64,000 nucleotides of DNA from Hydrolagus affinis. Its lineage: Eukaryota. The stretch's first letter is position 1; each line of letters starts with the position of its first letter. This document shows positions 1 to 13,270 of this stretch, in pieces. The notes below the pieces were generated by a model. It worked only from the letters and a program-made list of their open reading frames with translations, was not told where the DNA came from and made no database searches. The translations under genes and the position numbers were made by a program. The stretch lies in contig JAAILG010000631.1 of assembly GCA_012026655.1 (NCBI GenBank), positions 1 to 64,000 on the forward strand, given 5' to 3'.

Positions 1-212
1 CAGACAGGAAGAGAGGCAGGCAGGCAGGCAGGGAGGCAGGCAGGGAGAGAGAGAGAGAGGCAGGCAGGGAGAGAGAGAGAGAGAGAGGCAGGCAGGGAGA
101 GAGAGAGAGGCAGGCAGGGAGGCAGACTGGGTTTGGCAGAAGGCAGGCAGGCAGGGAGAGAGAGCGGCAGGGAGGGAGGCAGGCAGACTGGGTTAGGCAG
201 AAGGCAGGCAGC
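1..212. repeat. (AGGC)n/(AG)n low-complexity repeat, probably internal to the DNA transposon ending at 457
   Basis: Runs of aggc, gagaga and ggcagactggg units seen directly. Confidence 0.85.
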
Positions 213-329
213 AAGCACAGCACTGAAGTCCGCTGCTGCTGCCGCTGCCCGGTCGGCCGAGGCCGAAGCGCTATCACCCGCTCCTCCCAACCCCCCCGGA
301 CACTGACCAAACCCCGGCTGACAGCGCGC

Positions 330-457
330 CGGCCGCCACTCCTGTTTACTGTATTTCCGAGGCTCAAAATTTCTTGTACCTGCGTATAGGGCGCACCCCC
401 AACTTTCGAGATCTTCCAACGTGAAAAAAAGTGCGCCTTATACGCGGAGATATACGG
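330..457. mobile_element. Right end of a Tc1/mariner-superfamily (Tc2/Kanga-like) non-autonomous DNA transposon
   Basis: Terminus ...gtgcgccttatacgcggagatatacgg|TA, i.e. a CCGTA-type TIR followed by TA. Subterminal inverted pair gcgtatagggcgcac (382-396) / gtgcgccttatacgc (431-445), 14/15 match. Left end is outside the window. Confidence 0.6.
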
Positions 458-746
458 TAGTTTAAAGAGAATTGGGTGAGGTGTGAAATCTTATGGTTGG
501 ATTTAATTTTGCTTGCTGTCCACTTCAGTTACAGCTTCTGGCAGTGAAATTGGTAATTCACCTCATAACTGTTTGTGGAATTATAGTGATACAATGGCTG
601 CTGTGTTTGACTGCAAAACCAGTCGCTACATTTGACAGTAATTACCCATAAAAGCGCCCAATGACTTTTTGTTTCATGCTTACTTACGTTTTAATAGAGT
701 GAAAGTACCTTGTTTTATTTTACTTTACATGTTTTATTCTCCGCAG

Positions 747-881
747 GATGATGAAAGCATTCCACCTGCCTATCGGCTTACACCAGAATACAAAGAGCTG
801 CTAAGGTTAAAGAAGATGAGAAAGCATAAACTTGACCAGATGCAGGCAGAAAATGGTTTTGTGCAACATATTGGCTTTAAG
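747..881 (+). CDS. ZZZ3: ZZZ3 third-to-last coding exon ([19 protein letters not shown]...HIGFK)
   Basis: cag|GAT...AAG|gtaag, 135 bp, phase 0-0; peptide matches vertebrate ZZZ3 upstream of the ZZ finger. Confidence 0.95.
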
Positions 882-1738
882 GTAAGTTTTAAAACAAAAT
901 AATGTCGCTTACTTTGCAACACAGGTATTGGCGGTGTTCGTTAGTGGAAAACATTGGTGGATTAAAATGTTTCATTCAGTTCATAAATAACATTTAGCCA
1001 CATAAAATTTTAGCGTCAGGTGTAAAAGAATCTTGAATTTTGAAAGGCCGTTCTCCAATATTTCAACCGTTTCGCCCACAAATATACAGTCAATTTTCCT
1101 ACTTTCCTACTTTCCTTCCCCCAATCACGACCCCTTCCCCTGCTCTGGTCCCAACCTTGGGATGTTGTTGTATTCTGTGAAGCGCTTTGAGATATCGATA
1201 AGACATGGAAAGCGCTATATAAATTTAAGGATTATTATTATTATTATTGTAGCCGTCAATTTCAGCTGGTAAAACTCAGCAGGTCAGACGAGAGAGAGGA
1301 AAGTGGATTCACGTTTCAAGTAGATGGCGATTGGAAACAATATTATAAAATGTCATTACTTTTAGTGGCCATTTTAATATTTATTTGTAAATCTGCTAAT
1401 TGACAACCTATGCAAGGGAACAATCTATAATTTGTGTTTTTGCATGAGCACATGCACATGTCATATTTGTGATTGTCTTAGGGATAGATACTTGATGTGT
1501 AGTTGCATTCAGAAAATGTGCTTCCACTCCATTAAAAGGAACATTGCTATTTATAAACTTCACAAAGAAAGGTCTTTAAATATTCATTAAATACTCAGAA
1601 ATGCATTTGCAAAGCTTGCCTGTCTTATCATTCTGTCATCAGTTGAAATATAATATTTAAGGCCACATTGTTATAAATGCGATGCATCTAATTTACTATA
1701 GTAAATCCATGTTCTATGTTTCTGATTTATTCTGACAG

Positions 1739-1839
1739 TGTGACAACTGTGGAACAGATCCCATTCTTGGGGTGCGGTGGCATTGCCAGGACTGTCCGCC
1801 GGATGGTTCAGTAGATTTCTGTGACAGTTGTTCTGATTG
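1739..1839 (+). CDS. ZZZ3: ZZZ3 ZZ-type zinc finger exon ([34 protein letters not shown])
   Basis: cag|TGT...TG|gtgag, 101 bp; CxxC...CxxC...DFCxxC ZZ pattern. Confidence 0.96.
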
Positions 1840-2980
1840 GTGAGTAAACATGCTGAATAATTAGCAGATGAAACAAAATTGGCATTTTTAGCTACTAGAT
1901 ATCAACAAATGGTTTCTGTGAACCATTAGATAATGTACTTTATATTCATATTTGGTTCTGCTAATTGTATTTTAATAGAGAGTGGACTTTGAACATTATT
2001 CTTTCAGCAAACTATTTAAATGTTGTAAATTGTGAGGGTGAGGTCTTTGAATTTGTCTGCATTATTCAGTCTATTTTATGCATGTTTGCTTGCAGGCAAT
2101 AGACAAGGCTATTATTCTTAAATTTGATCAACGAACATTGTCAACCTGTATGAATGAATGAAAAATGTTCAACATGATTTTGGACAGTTTGTGAAGTAAA
2201 ATTATTAATAGCTGTTAATTCTGTATTTGCATTTTCGGATTCCTGGGGAAATATTAATGGTTGTTGCTAATTATACTGGTATATATGGTATTGAACTGTT
2301 CGGTGCAAAGTAGATTCTCTAACTTGAGCTGTAATATGTAAATTACTTAAATATTGATCTTATAAAGGTTCAGCCTTATCTGGCGATGGGTTCTGTCTTA
2401 CAGGAGCACTGGCCAGAATATGCAAAGTTTTTTTTGATTCGGGAGAGAAAAGAGCCAGGGTCCATTATTGTAACAATTGTGTCATGGACAAGTGATGCAC
2501 TGATACATTTTCATATGTTGTTTGTAGGCAAAATATTCTTAACCATTTCATCACAAAAATGGCACTACTTTAATTCTGCCTGAAACAATATCTGTCTTGT
2601 GATAGAAAGCACACTCTTATAAACTGAGAATTCTGAATCTCCCACACTTAGAAAGGGTGACAGAACTAGAAGATAACATTTGAATACCAACTGAAAATGC
2701 AAATGAGCATGTGTGATTTGCACAATTTACTTTTCAGCAAATGTGATTCAACTAATCAAAGCAATATGTACATTATTTGCTGATATGAAATATTTATTAT
2801 GCAGCAATTTCTGGTCTTTTATTGGTTTTGATCATTATTTCCCAGTAAGATCTGTATATTTAGTCTTATGTTTTATAATATTCTGAAATTCGGATTGGCA
2901 GGGTCTTAAAAGCACATTTTTCTCAAATCCTACAAGGTTACAAATTTTTCTTGTTTTGTTTTGTTCTCCTATTTCTGTAG

Positions 2981-3125
2981 CCTGTATGAAACAGAAAGTC
3001 ATAAAGGTGATCACCAGCTGGAGCCTGTCTACAGAATTGAAACATTTCTAGACAGAGACTACTGCTTGTCTCAGAGTACCGGGTACAACTATCTTGATCC
3101 TAACTACTATCCTGCAAACAGATGA
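2981..3125 (+). CDS. ZZZ3: ZZZ3 last coding exon ([27 protein letters not shown]...[11 protein letters not shown])
   Basis: tag|C CTG..., phase 2 joins the previous exon; TGA at 3123-3125; C-terminus recognisable as ZZZ3. Confidence 0.96.
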
Positions 3126-4328
3126 CAAGAGGGCACAGTTGAAAAACCAATGGTTTGAGATCCTCATTACTGCATTACATTGTTAATTCCATGCACAGAT
3201 TGGGAGGATTCTGCTATGCCGAAAACATCTGTCCACAGATGACCACTTCACTGGGATCCTCATCAGCTGTGGCTCTGTGCTGCCACAGTCTTTCGGTCAT
3301 TCAACAGCAGCTCAACATTCCTAACTTCCAGAAGGTTTTCTCAGAAACCTTCGGAGTCCTCTCAATGTGTTCCTTACCTCCTGGTGATGAACACAGAGGA
3401 TGGGAAAACAAAATGGGTGCAAACTGTAAACCTAGTTATTTAATTCCAAAGGTAAGATGGTTTCTGTGACAAGGACTGGTCTGTTATCATAATATGATGT
3501 AGATAAATGTCGGTAGACAAGTATTTATGAAACAACAAAATACATTAGATTGCTATCACGTTGTGTAGTTTCATAGTCTTTATCAGCACAAGGGCTGTCA
3601 TTTGTTGCAGGAAAAAAGACTAGGTTTTAGCCACGAAAGAATTCTACTGAATTTATTCAACTAATGGGGTCTACAGTATGTTCTGGACTTGGTTATGATC
3701 CTGTGCTAGCCTGCATAACATAATCAGCTGCTTAATCTAGCAGGCCTTTCATCTTCTATCTATTAGCCCCTCCACTGAGCAACAGAAGCACTACCTGAGG
3801 CAAAGATAAAGTTGAAAAATTGTGGCTTTGTTTCCCCAACAAGCTGATGAGTTGAAGTTTGAATACCATTCAGTTGTCAGTGAAAGTGTTTTTAGATGTA
3901 ATGTGCTATCAGATGATTATGTAATGTGTACAAAATATGGTGAAAAAGTACAGTGGTAGCAACAGTATACATCACTTTATATTGGCCCCACACTTCCTTC
4001 AGAATAAAATAGAGCCCTTTCCCCTAAAATGAGAGTTGTCTCTACAACTCATTAACAAAACCGCCTAAAGATAATCAAGTATTATAATTAATTCCCTTTT
4101 TGTAGTCTGCACAAGCTCCATTTGCTGAAAGATTGTATTTTTATTATGTATTTAAACAATTGATCAAAACTAGTCAGCAGTGAGCAAGAGTTCACTTGCG
4201 TCCTTTTATACTAGTAGTTGTTGTGCATCAATTAGAACATTTTTGTACGGTTTCAGTTTTTGGCATCATCTGTGTGTACGCAATATGTTCTTGTACAGAT
4301 CTGTACAACTGTCAGGACAACTGTGAGA

Positions 4329-4334
4329 AATAAA
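4329..4334 (+). terminator. Probable ZZZ3 polyadenylation signal (alternatives at 4003 and 4462)
   Basis: AATAAA preceded by four TGTA motifs in 4245-4310 and followed by a T/GT-rich tract. Confidence 0.5.
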
Positions 4335-5092
4335 ATCATGTGGAAATAGTCTCTTTGTATATAGTCCATCTCCAGTGTCTTAGTTCACATTCAAGAGCCA
4401 ATCAGTGACCACTGCACTACAGATTATCCTTTGCTGTATTACTAGATATTTTTGATAGAGCAATAAATTTAAAAGGAAATGTTCAGTGTTCATTTGCTGA
4501 ATAGAATGAAGTTTTTATCAATATTTTGAGATCTGTAATGTTCATTTGGTTCCACTTGGATAGAGTGAAGATCAATGTTTTCAGGGTTCAACTGAGCCCT
4601 AATTTGGCAGATTTACAAGGAACTGAAAACTATGAATGTATGCAAAATATCATTTTTAAAGAACTGGAACAGATTTTTTTAAATAACTTTATTACAATCA
4701 AGCCTGTGCAGACTTTGAACTCTTACACTTGGAGAATGATGAAGATGCTTTATTTTGACCTGGAATTTTCACACCAGCAAAGAACTTTAAAACAGTCGCA
4801 TAAAATGGTAGATTTGGATACAGCGTAATACAAGCTTAAATGTGCACCAACAGCACTTTGCAACTAATATCAACAACTACACTTTGCAACAAATATCTTT
4901 ATGGGTGAAAACAAATTCACTTTTCAAAGTGATCCATACTTATCTTTTGAACAGTAACAAAATGTGAATGACAAAATACACGTTGTTTGCTTCTTACATC
5001 TCGAACATGTTTCACTAGATTTTGAACAATGAATGCTTTACAATTAGAGTTTGATAAATTCACAGAACCAAATAACATACCTATTCACAGAA

Positions 5093-5176
5093 TTTATTTT
5101 TAAAACAATATTTTGCTACAATGGTATATGATTGATTTTAATATGATTCAAAAGCATTGAAGTATTGACATTTATT
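5093..5176 (-). terminator. Candidate AK5 polyadenylation signals (AATAAA on - at 5093-5098 and 5171-5176)
   Basis: tttatt on +; convergent with the ZZZ3 3' end; other candidates at 6303 and 7052. Confidence 0.35.
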
Positions 5177-6880
5177 GGTCAAAGTAATCCAATCAATCAT
5201 TTCTAATTTGCAAATCAGTTTTTGCAATCTTCTGTCTTCTTACTCCTCTCTGCAACAATAGTTGAATTGGAAAACATTACTTCAGTTGTGCTGCTTTTGT
5301 AATGCACTTGAATTTAAGAATAAATAAATCACATTGGTGCACTGATAACCCTTGGAATATATCGTCTCACACTGGTAAATATAAGCATTTGTTCAGTATA
5401 AAAGCAGCTGGAAATCGTGTGCCAAGAAACATTTCCTCCAAGTTTCTCCTTTTGAATCGAGAGACCTGAAGCATGTCACTCTCTTGTAAGTTTGTAAGGA
5501 TTCCAGCAACTGACCAGGTTTTCATGTTTGAGCAGACCTGTGCAGAGAATGGTATTGAAAGAGTATGGCATTCAAGACTGATGCTTTCCTCATCTAATAT
5601 CCACCCAAAGCCATTTCCCATACATCATTAGATTGCAATTAGGTGCTGAAACCCAAGTTGTTTGGACCTTCCCTTGTTATTTATAACATCCTAACTGCTG
5701 TAAAAATGTTTTTTTTTAAAAAAAGGATGTCACATCGAGTCATAGATTTTTGAAAAGTAGTCTCAGCGCTGCTCTTACGTGCGCCTGTGCAGAACTCTGC
5801 TAACAACTTTACTGTTCAGTTAGCCTTGAATGAAAATAAATCATGCCAATTGCGTTGTACGTGTGATCAAAAGCATTGGCACAGAAGCAACTCCAGTCCC
5901 ATTTGACCGTCTCATGAAACATTTTGCTTGATAAAAAAAATAAGTGAAATAGATAGTTCTGCTTTAACATAAGGAATTGATCATGCTTGTGATCCTTCAG
6001 GGTGAGTAATGCAATGGCAGGAAACAATGGAACAATACTGTATTTCATCCTAGTTTCTTTATACATTTAGAATTTCCAAGTCGCAGCCGAGCAGTTTAAA
6101 TATGCCAACTAAATTTATGTTTTATATGGGAGCATGGCATCTCCATGTACGGAGGTACGTGATGTACAGAGCAGAATGTGAGTTTGGGAATCTTTCCTTT
6201 TCGTCACTGGATTGCTAAGTGGAGGGTTGACACTTCCCATAGGGAGGAAAAAGATATGAGAATGCGCCAACTGTCGTTTCCAGTGGTGAGTTACAGAGCA
6301 TATTTATTTTTGGTGCCCTGAGAGTAACTAACTTCTCAGCTGGGGAATGGTGCACGAGAAGATGAGAGAATACAAGATGTCTTCTATCTTTCTCTCAAGT
6401 TTAATGTATTCTAATTCAAGGGCATCTTGTTCGAGATGCACAGTAATTTGATATTTTTCATAAAAACATTTCCTGTTGCTTAGCTCAAAGCTTATTCTGC
6501 AGTTGGTTTGTTTTTGGAATGAAATGACCAGGAGACCTTTGTAAATGAGTACTATTCTATATTTATCAGTCCTCCTACTTTATGAACTGTGTTCATCATT
6601 GTCTCGACTTTCTCAGACACTTGAATAAATCAAAGTATTTCTGATTGTTGTGTGCCTGTCACATTCAAAGATAGCACTTAATCCTTCCAAAATTTTAACT
6701 CAATCTATATCTATGAACAAAATTTTGTTTTAAATAACATACTGTACTTTAAAAGCTACTTACATATAAACTCAAATTGGGAAAGAAACCTGCCATACAT
6801 AATGTCTGAAATTACAATGTTCTGCAGTGTTGCAAGATTGCTTTCAATGGGTAACATTGCAACAATGGCATTCTGTGTAA

Positions 6881-7183
6881 ATAATAATCCTTGCATTTGA
6901 TATAATGCTTTTCACATCTTCTCGATGTCTCAAAGCGCTTCACAGATTATATTTATATATAAAGTGAATTGACTGTATATATGTGGGTGAAACGCGGCAA
7001 CCAATTGCACACAGCAGTGTCCCACAAACAGTAGTGGATTGCAATGACCAATTTATTTTTGAGGGATTATTATTAGGCATATGGAGTAAGGAAACTTACC
7101 CAAGGTTTCACCCTGCCTAGAATTGAACCCAGGTTTCTCGCTTGTAAGGCAAGTGTTCTAACCACTAAGCTACAGGACTCCAC
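6881..7183 (-). mobile_element. Full-length tRNA-derived SINE with L2-like tail and (ATT)n end, in the AK5 3' region
   Basis: Reverse complement reads gtggagtcctgtagcttagtggttagaacac...ggttcaattc...gtgaagcgctttgagac...tgcaaggattattat, the same family as 40061-40380. Confidence 0.9.
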
Positions 7184-7370
7184 GTCATCACTGATTGATT
7201 TACATTTAAACACAAAATATAGTGCAATCAAGTGCATACAATGCATATTCATTTTTGTGACCTAGTAACTCGGTGCAACATCTACACAAATTGTTTGGGC
7301 TTGGCTGCAACCTATGAACTTTTAAAGGCAGTTCATCCAAAAACATCCTAATTGCTGTGGTTTTGTTGCT

Positions 7371-7439
7371 TCATTGAATAGAATCAATGACCGCACAGAT
7401 CTGAAGAAAAACTGCATCAGTGGTCTCCTCTGCGTTTAT
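7371..7439 (-). CDS. AK5: AK5 last coding exon (INAEETTDAVFLQICAVIDSIQ*)
   Basis: aacag|ATA..., 69 bp including TGA; matches the AK5/AK1 C-terminal exon. Confidence 0.92.
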   Translation of the reverse strand: MNAEETTDAVFLQICAVIDSIQ

Positions 7440-7864
7440 CTGTTAAAAACAAAGAAGGAAATCTGATTTTAAGCATTCTAAAGGTATGCATACCTCTCGT
7501 AATCTCCAAAACACATGTATATTTTTCTACCTGAAGCCTCTTGGGACCACTTTCTTTCAAAAGCAGTACTGTATAGTATATGACCATTTTTGTTTCATTG
7601 TAAAGTACTGCTAATGACGCAGTGGAATCGCTATTGCACCCGTCTAGCTGACTGGCAGACAGGATAGAGGAAAGATGGATTATGGTTTTCCTACTTCAAA
7701 GCCTTATACTGTAGAATGTACAAGTATAAAGCAATGTTTACAGAGGGGATTAGATTCTAGGTGCAAATATAAATTAAACCTGCGAAATTAAATACAGAAA
7801 AATGTACTTTGTTGGCCAACCCAAAAGGTTGCCCACCACTGGTTTACACTTTGTAACTCAAAGA

Positions 7865-8130
7865 ACTTTACAAGACACAAGAAGACCACTCTTTCGAAGA
7901 ACAATCTGTTTGTTCCCCATTACCTGGCTATTCCTCGTATTCTTACAAAATATGTTTCAGATACTATTTCCCTCTTAAAAGCTATTATGGATCCTACCTC
8001 AGCCATCAGTCCCAATAAGGCAATCATTCCGCAGCTATGAACCTTTGTGTAAAACTAAATTCCTAATGTCTTCCATTTGCTTCTTTAATAACTACAGTAT
8101 TTTAAACCGTTGTCCTCTAGTCACTGATCA
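7865..8130 (-). mobile_element. Old CR1 LINE 3' fragment
   Basis: Degenerate match to the CR1 tail at 63158-63640 (cttaaaagct...aaggca...ttcc...ctttgtgtaaaa); boundaries approximate. Confidence 0.5.
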
Positions 8131-8279
8131 GTGGGGGGAAAAAATGCTCATTTTAAATAAGCAATAGCAGGTATAACATGAAATATAGATTGATTTATGC
8201 TTTCAGTTTAACAGTTCACATCTCCCCGGATTCTATTTAGATGACTCATCAGAAATTGTTGAAACAGAAGTCGTTTTAC

Positions 8280-8471
8280 CTTATTTATAAGTTTTTTTCC
8301 TTTGTAGTGTTCTATAATGGGTGCTGTAACCTTGTAGTAGGTTTCAATATGTTTCAGAATTGTTTCACCACTATCATCAACACAGCCACTTGCTTGGCTT
8401 TGTTTGAAAAGTCGTGTTTTCATTGTGTCAGCAGAACAGTTCATAAAAAGCACCAGGCTTGGCTTCGCTAC
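8280..8471 (-). CDS. AK5: AK5 exon 13, domain-2 LID region (VAKPSLVLFMNCSADTMKTRLFKQSQASGCVDD...KLINK)
   Basis: ttcag|GTA...AAG|gtaaa, 192 bp, phase 0-0. Confidence 0.93.
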
Positions 8472-9261
8472 CTGAAAGAAATGAGCAAGAAAGGTCGTTT
8501 TAATTCACGCCAGAGGGATAGATGAAATACTTGAATAAAAGCTAAAAAGAAAATATATAAACAAGTTTAATAATCAGTCAGTGTTTTCTCAGCATCAGTT
8601 CTAATAGCTGCTCCCTTGTGCAGGAAAACGGTCACAACAAATACAACTGTCTCCCAATAGCACAATTGTGATGAGTAATCAAGACAACCATGAACTAAAC
8701 AGAGCCAGATCTGGTACATCAAACTCGGTTTGCTTCACAGTTATCCAATTTAATGCATCTCCTGAGATTAATTTGTCATCCTTTGTATTAAAATTACTGA
8801 ACTAAAAAATTTATTACCAGGTAATAAAAATACCAAATTTTGTTTTAGGGTTTATAACCATATATTACACAACTTAAGTTAAACTTTTTTTGGGAGGGTG
8901 CAGACAGATTCTAGCATTTGCAATTAAAATACACATTTAAAAAAAATTGAAGCATTTAACAATATCAGTGTGTTGGCTGGTTCAGTGATAGCTCTGAGTC
9001 AAAAGATTGTAGATTCAAGCTCCACGTCGGCACTTGGAATCACGTAGTCTAAGATGACACTCCAATGCAATGCAATACAACAACAACTTTGATTTATATA
9101 GCACCCTCCATGCTGGATGGTGTCTCAGAGTGCTTAAATACAGCTTAGCAATCAACAATACAGTCGATTCACTTTACAGTATATTCTGTGAAGTGCTTTG
9201 AGACATCTAGAAAACATGAAAAGTGCTATATCATATGCAAGGATTATTATTATCTACTCAC

Positions 9262-9372
9262 TTTCTTCTCAAATTCTTCTCCTTGTGTGACGTCCCTAGG
9301 ATAGCCATCAATTAGAAACCCTTCAGTGTTTGTGGCGTTAATGGCATCTTTCAGCATCTCCAGGACGAATTC
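9262..9372 (-). CDS. AK5: AK5 exon 12 (EFVLEMLKDAINATNTEGFLIDGYPRDVTQGEEFEKK)
   Basis: aag|GAA...AAA|gtgag, 111 bp; GFLIDGYPR adenylate kinase signature. Confidence 0.94.
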
Positions 9373-9715
9373 CTTGGGGAAGTCAGAATTAAATATGTTA
9401 TTAAATGAACATTGATGTGATTGTGTGTGCTGCAACTAATCATGCATTTGTTGTGCCTATAAACCTTGGATCTGGAGTGGTAATAATATGTGCATTCGGC
9501 ATAGCCCTTGCAGTTCTTCAAGATGTCTTAAAGCGAATATACTGTAAAGGACTTGCAGGAATACAACTATCTTATAAAAAAAACATTTAAAATTTAGACT
9601 TAAATAAAGGTTGTGTTGCTACAAAATAATTTGTAAAGTCCACTTAATAAAATTGGCATGCAGTGGTATGTATCATAGTGAAGTCCTTTGATCTGGAAAG
9701 CCTAAGTTTACTTAC

Positions 9716-9879
9716 CATTGGCACCAGCTCTCTACGTTCCATGATTCTTTTGATCTGATTACTTCTTTCGGACCCTAACGTAATCTCATTTCGTAACATG
9801 TCTCCAGTGGATAGGTGGGTGAAACCATACTTTGCTGCTATCCTCTCACATTGAGTTCTTTTCCCAGAACCTGGACCTC
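9716..9879 (-). CDS. AK5: AK5 exon 11, domain-2 P-loop/NMP exon ([30 protein letters not shown]...MERRELVPM)
   Basis: aag|GA GGT CCA...ATG|gtaag, 164 bp, phase 1-0; not in the ORF track. Confidence 0.94.
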
Positions 9880-12296
9880 CTTAAACATAAAATAATTTTA
9901 AGTTGTTAACGAGGACATAGTGGTGCTTTATATTTTACTCCTGCTATTTGCAATATCTGTTGTTTGACCTCAGTACGAGGAATATTGGAAAGCTGTACTT
10001 AGATAAAAAAAATTAAATTGTTCCATATTTTTAATACCTGTATATTAATCTTCATGAGTTATGTTTCTATATAAATTGTAGAATTATTAACATAACTGCA
10101 ATAATATGTAAATGCTACAGAAGATATTTTAGCAGATCACAATTACAAAATAAATGATAAGACAAGGGAATAGCATACCTTTTTAATGTAATGAAGCCTG
10201 GATTTGAGGCTTTGTTATTGAAAAGAGTATTACAGCAGTCTTGTGTAATAATAGTTTACATATACTGAGCAAATCAAAGTTTTAAATATCTAATTTCTTA
10301 CAATTTAATTTGTTTAATCTTGCAGCACCAGTAAGGTGGTAAAGGATGGAGGGAAATTTGCAAAAGTAGCAGAATAATAAATGAATTAATTACTTGAATG
10401 ATACAGATTTATCATGATCTACAAATGAAATGTTTCAGCGAAAATCAATGTCGGATGCCAAATCAGCTCTGCTAGAACATCCATATTAAATAAATATTAA
10501 AAGCAATTGTTAAATCTCCAATAAGATTGATTTTGATAAAATGTTGCTGCTTGAATACAAATGATCTTATAAAACAGCCCAAAATTTATATTCATCTCAA
10601 AATTTAAGTGCTGCTGAGGAACGTACTGTACAAAGAAACACAGGGATGGGGTGAGTGATGGATGGTGGGAGAGAGAACAGTGATAAAAAAACAAACTAGC
10701 TCTTTCCTCCCCCACCCTTTGTGCTAAATGATAATTTTGTATCACAGCAGCTAAAATCCGGGATTCACTGCAGCACTTCTGGCAGATTTATTTTGCACAT
10801 CAGGAAACTGCGTACAAAATATTGGCTCTGAGTCTGCTACTTACCAGCAGGTCTGGTTACAATTATGCAGCAGAGATTCATTTTGAAACAGAGTACGACT
10901 TTGGAATATTCTTGTAAATAAATTAAGAAACGCCATATATCAGAATATATGGCGTTTATGGGAGCACTCTTACTGGTATGGCCTATTTTGTCTCGTCAGT
11001 TATTAGCACCTAATGAGATCTCCATTATTTGGCTGTGTCATTACCTCACAAAAGTACTGTATCTCCAAAAGAGTGAGTGGGTTCTTAAAAGTGTAGAATG
11101 GAACACTAGATTAGGATTTGTGTTTTAGAGTGTGTTGAAAGCATAGAATATCAGACAAATGTGTGCTTTTGAATTCATTTGCAGGTCGGGCCTTCAGCTG
11201 TTCGAAATCAAAGCATTAAGCTGATAGGGGATCCTGACAATTAAGTCCTAAAGTACCTATTGCTGATCCTCTAATAGTATTAATACTGTTGCATCATACT
11301 GAGAGGTCCGAACCTAATAACTTAAGATACTGTTATATATAAAAAGGATATTTACACATGTGTTCTCTATCTCTGATTGTGCTGCTCTTGATTTTGTATG
11401 TAACAAAGCTCACATTTTCTGAATCTCCCTTATTAATTGAACACGAAGCTGGCTTCCCATGTATTTGCGGTGCCAAAGATTATCTTCATTATGTAAACCC
11501 TCATTGCAACAGCTGGTGTGCCTTGCGGATAATTTACACAATATCTCCCTTTCACATCCCCAATTCCAACTGAACAAAGCGAAAATAAAATGAATGCATG
11601 TTTTTACCACCGTTTCATTTTCTAAAGCACAATGGCACCATCAGAGATCGTGACAATGGGAAACCTGTTTGCAATAATGATGCATCATAGCAATTCATAC
11701 ACAATAAACGCCATTTCTGAACTCTTATGTGTTAAGACAGACAGACAACAACAACTTGCATTTATATAGTGCCCCACACCAGGGTAGCATCCCACAGCTT
11801 CAATCTGTAGTAGCAAAAATCATCAGCAAAATGAGGAAATGTCTGCTTCTGCATAGCCATGTCATTTGAATATAATGTGTATACTGTATGTATATATGCT
11901 CATATTACAAGTTACAAGTACAGTAATATTGTTGCTCCTACAACTGCGCTTCTTGTCAAACTTGTGCTCATAGTAATGTACAGTTAAATCAACTTTGCAT
12001 GTTTTTCTTTCACCAATCAATGATTCATGATCAGAAATTCATGCCACATGCAGTGATCAATGCAGCATTTAAGAGTGCACTTCATGGCTACCTTGGATTG
12101 AAATATCAAACTGTAAATGCAACTGTGAGCTGTTTATTGAAATTTGAAAATGCAGTTTAAAAAAAGCATTGTACTGTGGTAAGATTTATGGATTTTGTCT
12201 CTTATTGGGATTACCCTTGCACACCTTTCTGTCTGTGTTCGCAAAAATCACCAGCAAAATAAGGAACCTCTCTGTTTTTGCATAGCCATCTCAGTG

Positions 12297-12346
12297 AATA
12301 TATATATAATATTATATAATATATATTATATATATATTTATATATA
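12297..12346. repeat. (AT)n-rich microsatellite
   Basis: Seen directly. Confidence 0.85.
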
Positions 12347-13012
12347 AAGCAAGACAATGGCTTTTACAGTGACTTAATTTGTGTTATTCATAAATGGGAT
12401 TATTTGCATTAATTACAGTTTAAGGTTTGTGTTATTCACTTGCTATTTACTGCTGCCATTTAGATCAATTTCGTGTGACTTTATCAACCGTGTGGCTGAG
12501 AATGTGCATACAATACAAATTTGGTTTGTTAACATCACACATTAGACCCCAATGTAGCGTTTAAAGATTCCAAGAGCATGTTTTGCTATTCTGTAATGGC
12601 CCTGCAAATGATAACTCGCACAGTTAAGAGACATACCCTTTAAAAGGTGGTATGTTACTCAAATATATTGATTATTGCTCCAGTTGTCCTTAATAATAGA
12701 GACACACTTGAATTAGAACTAAATTGTTTCAAAATACAAATGAGAACAACATCAACAAAACGAATGCAGGAGACCGGTCACTGTGTGTGTGTGCAGTAAT
12801 TTTATTCATCAAGTCTATTAACCAAATGGCTGCAGGTAGCAATTTGAATCACTAAAGCTGAAGGATGCAGTTCAGGATATAAAATGACAAAATGATGGAT
12901 CATTATTGCTTACTCCCTTCCACTAATGTTCTGTGGAGTTCATCCTGCTGTGTCACCGATACAACTTCTACTGAAGCAAAGCTCCCAACCTCATGCTTCT
13001 ATGATAATTATT

Positions 13013-13270
13013 GTGGAGTCTTGTAACTCAGTGGTTAGAGCACTTGCATTACAAGCGAGGGATCTGGGTTCAATTCCCGGCAGGGCAAAATCTTGGCCAG
13101 TTTCCTTACACCACACACCTAATAATAATCCCTCAAAAAAATAAAAAATTGGTCATTTTCAATCCATGACTGTTTGGGGGACACTGCTGTGTGCAATTGG
13201 CTGCTGCTTTTCACCCACACGAATACATAGTCAATTCACTTTCCAGTATATTCTGTGAAGCGCTTCTGGA
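13013..13270 (+). mobile_element. tRNA-SINE, tail-truncated; left arm of an inverted pair
   Basis: gtggagtcttgtaactcagtggttagagc... through gtgaagcgctt. Confidence 0.9.
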
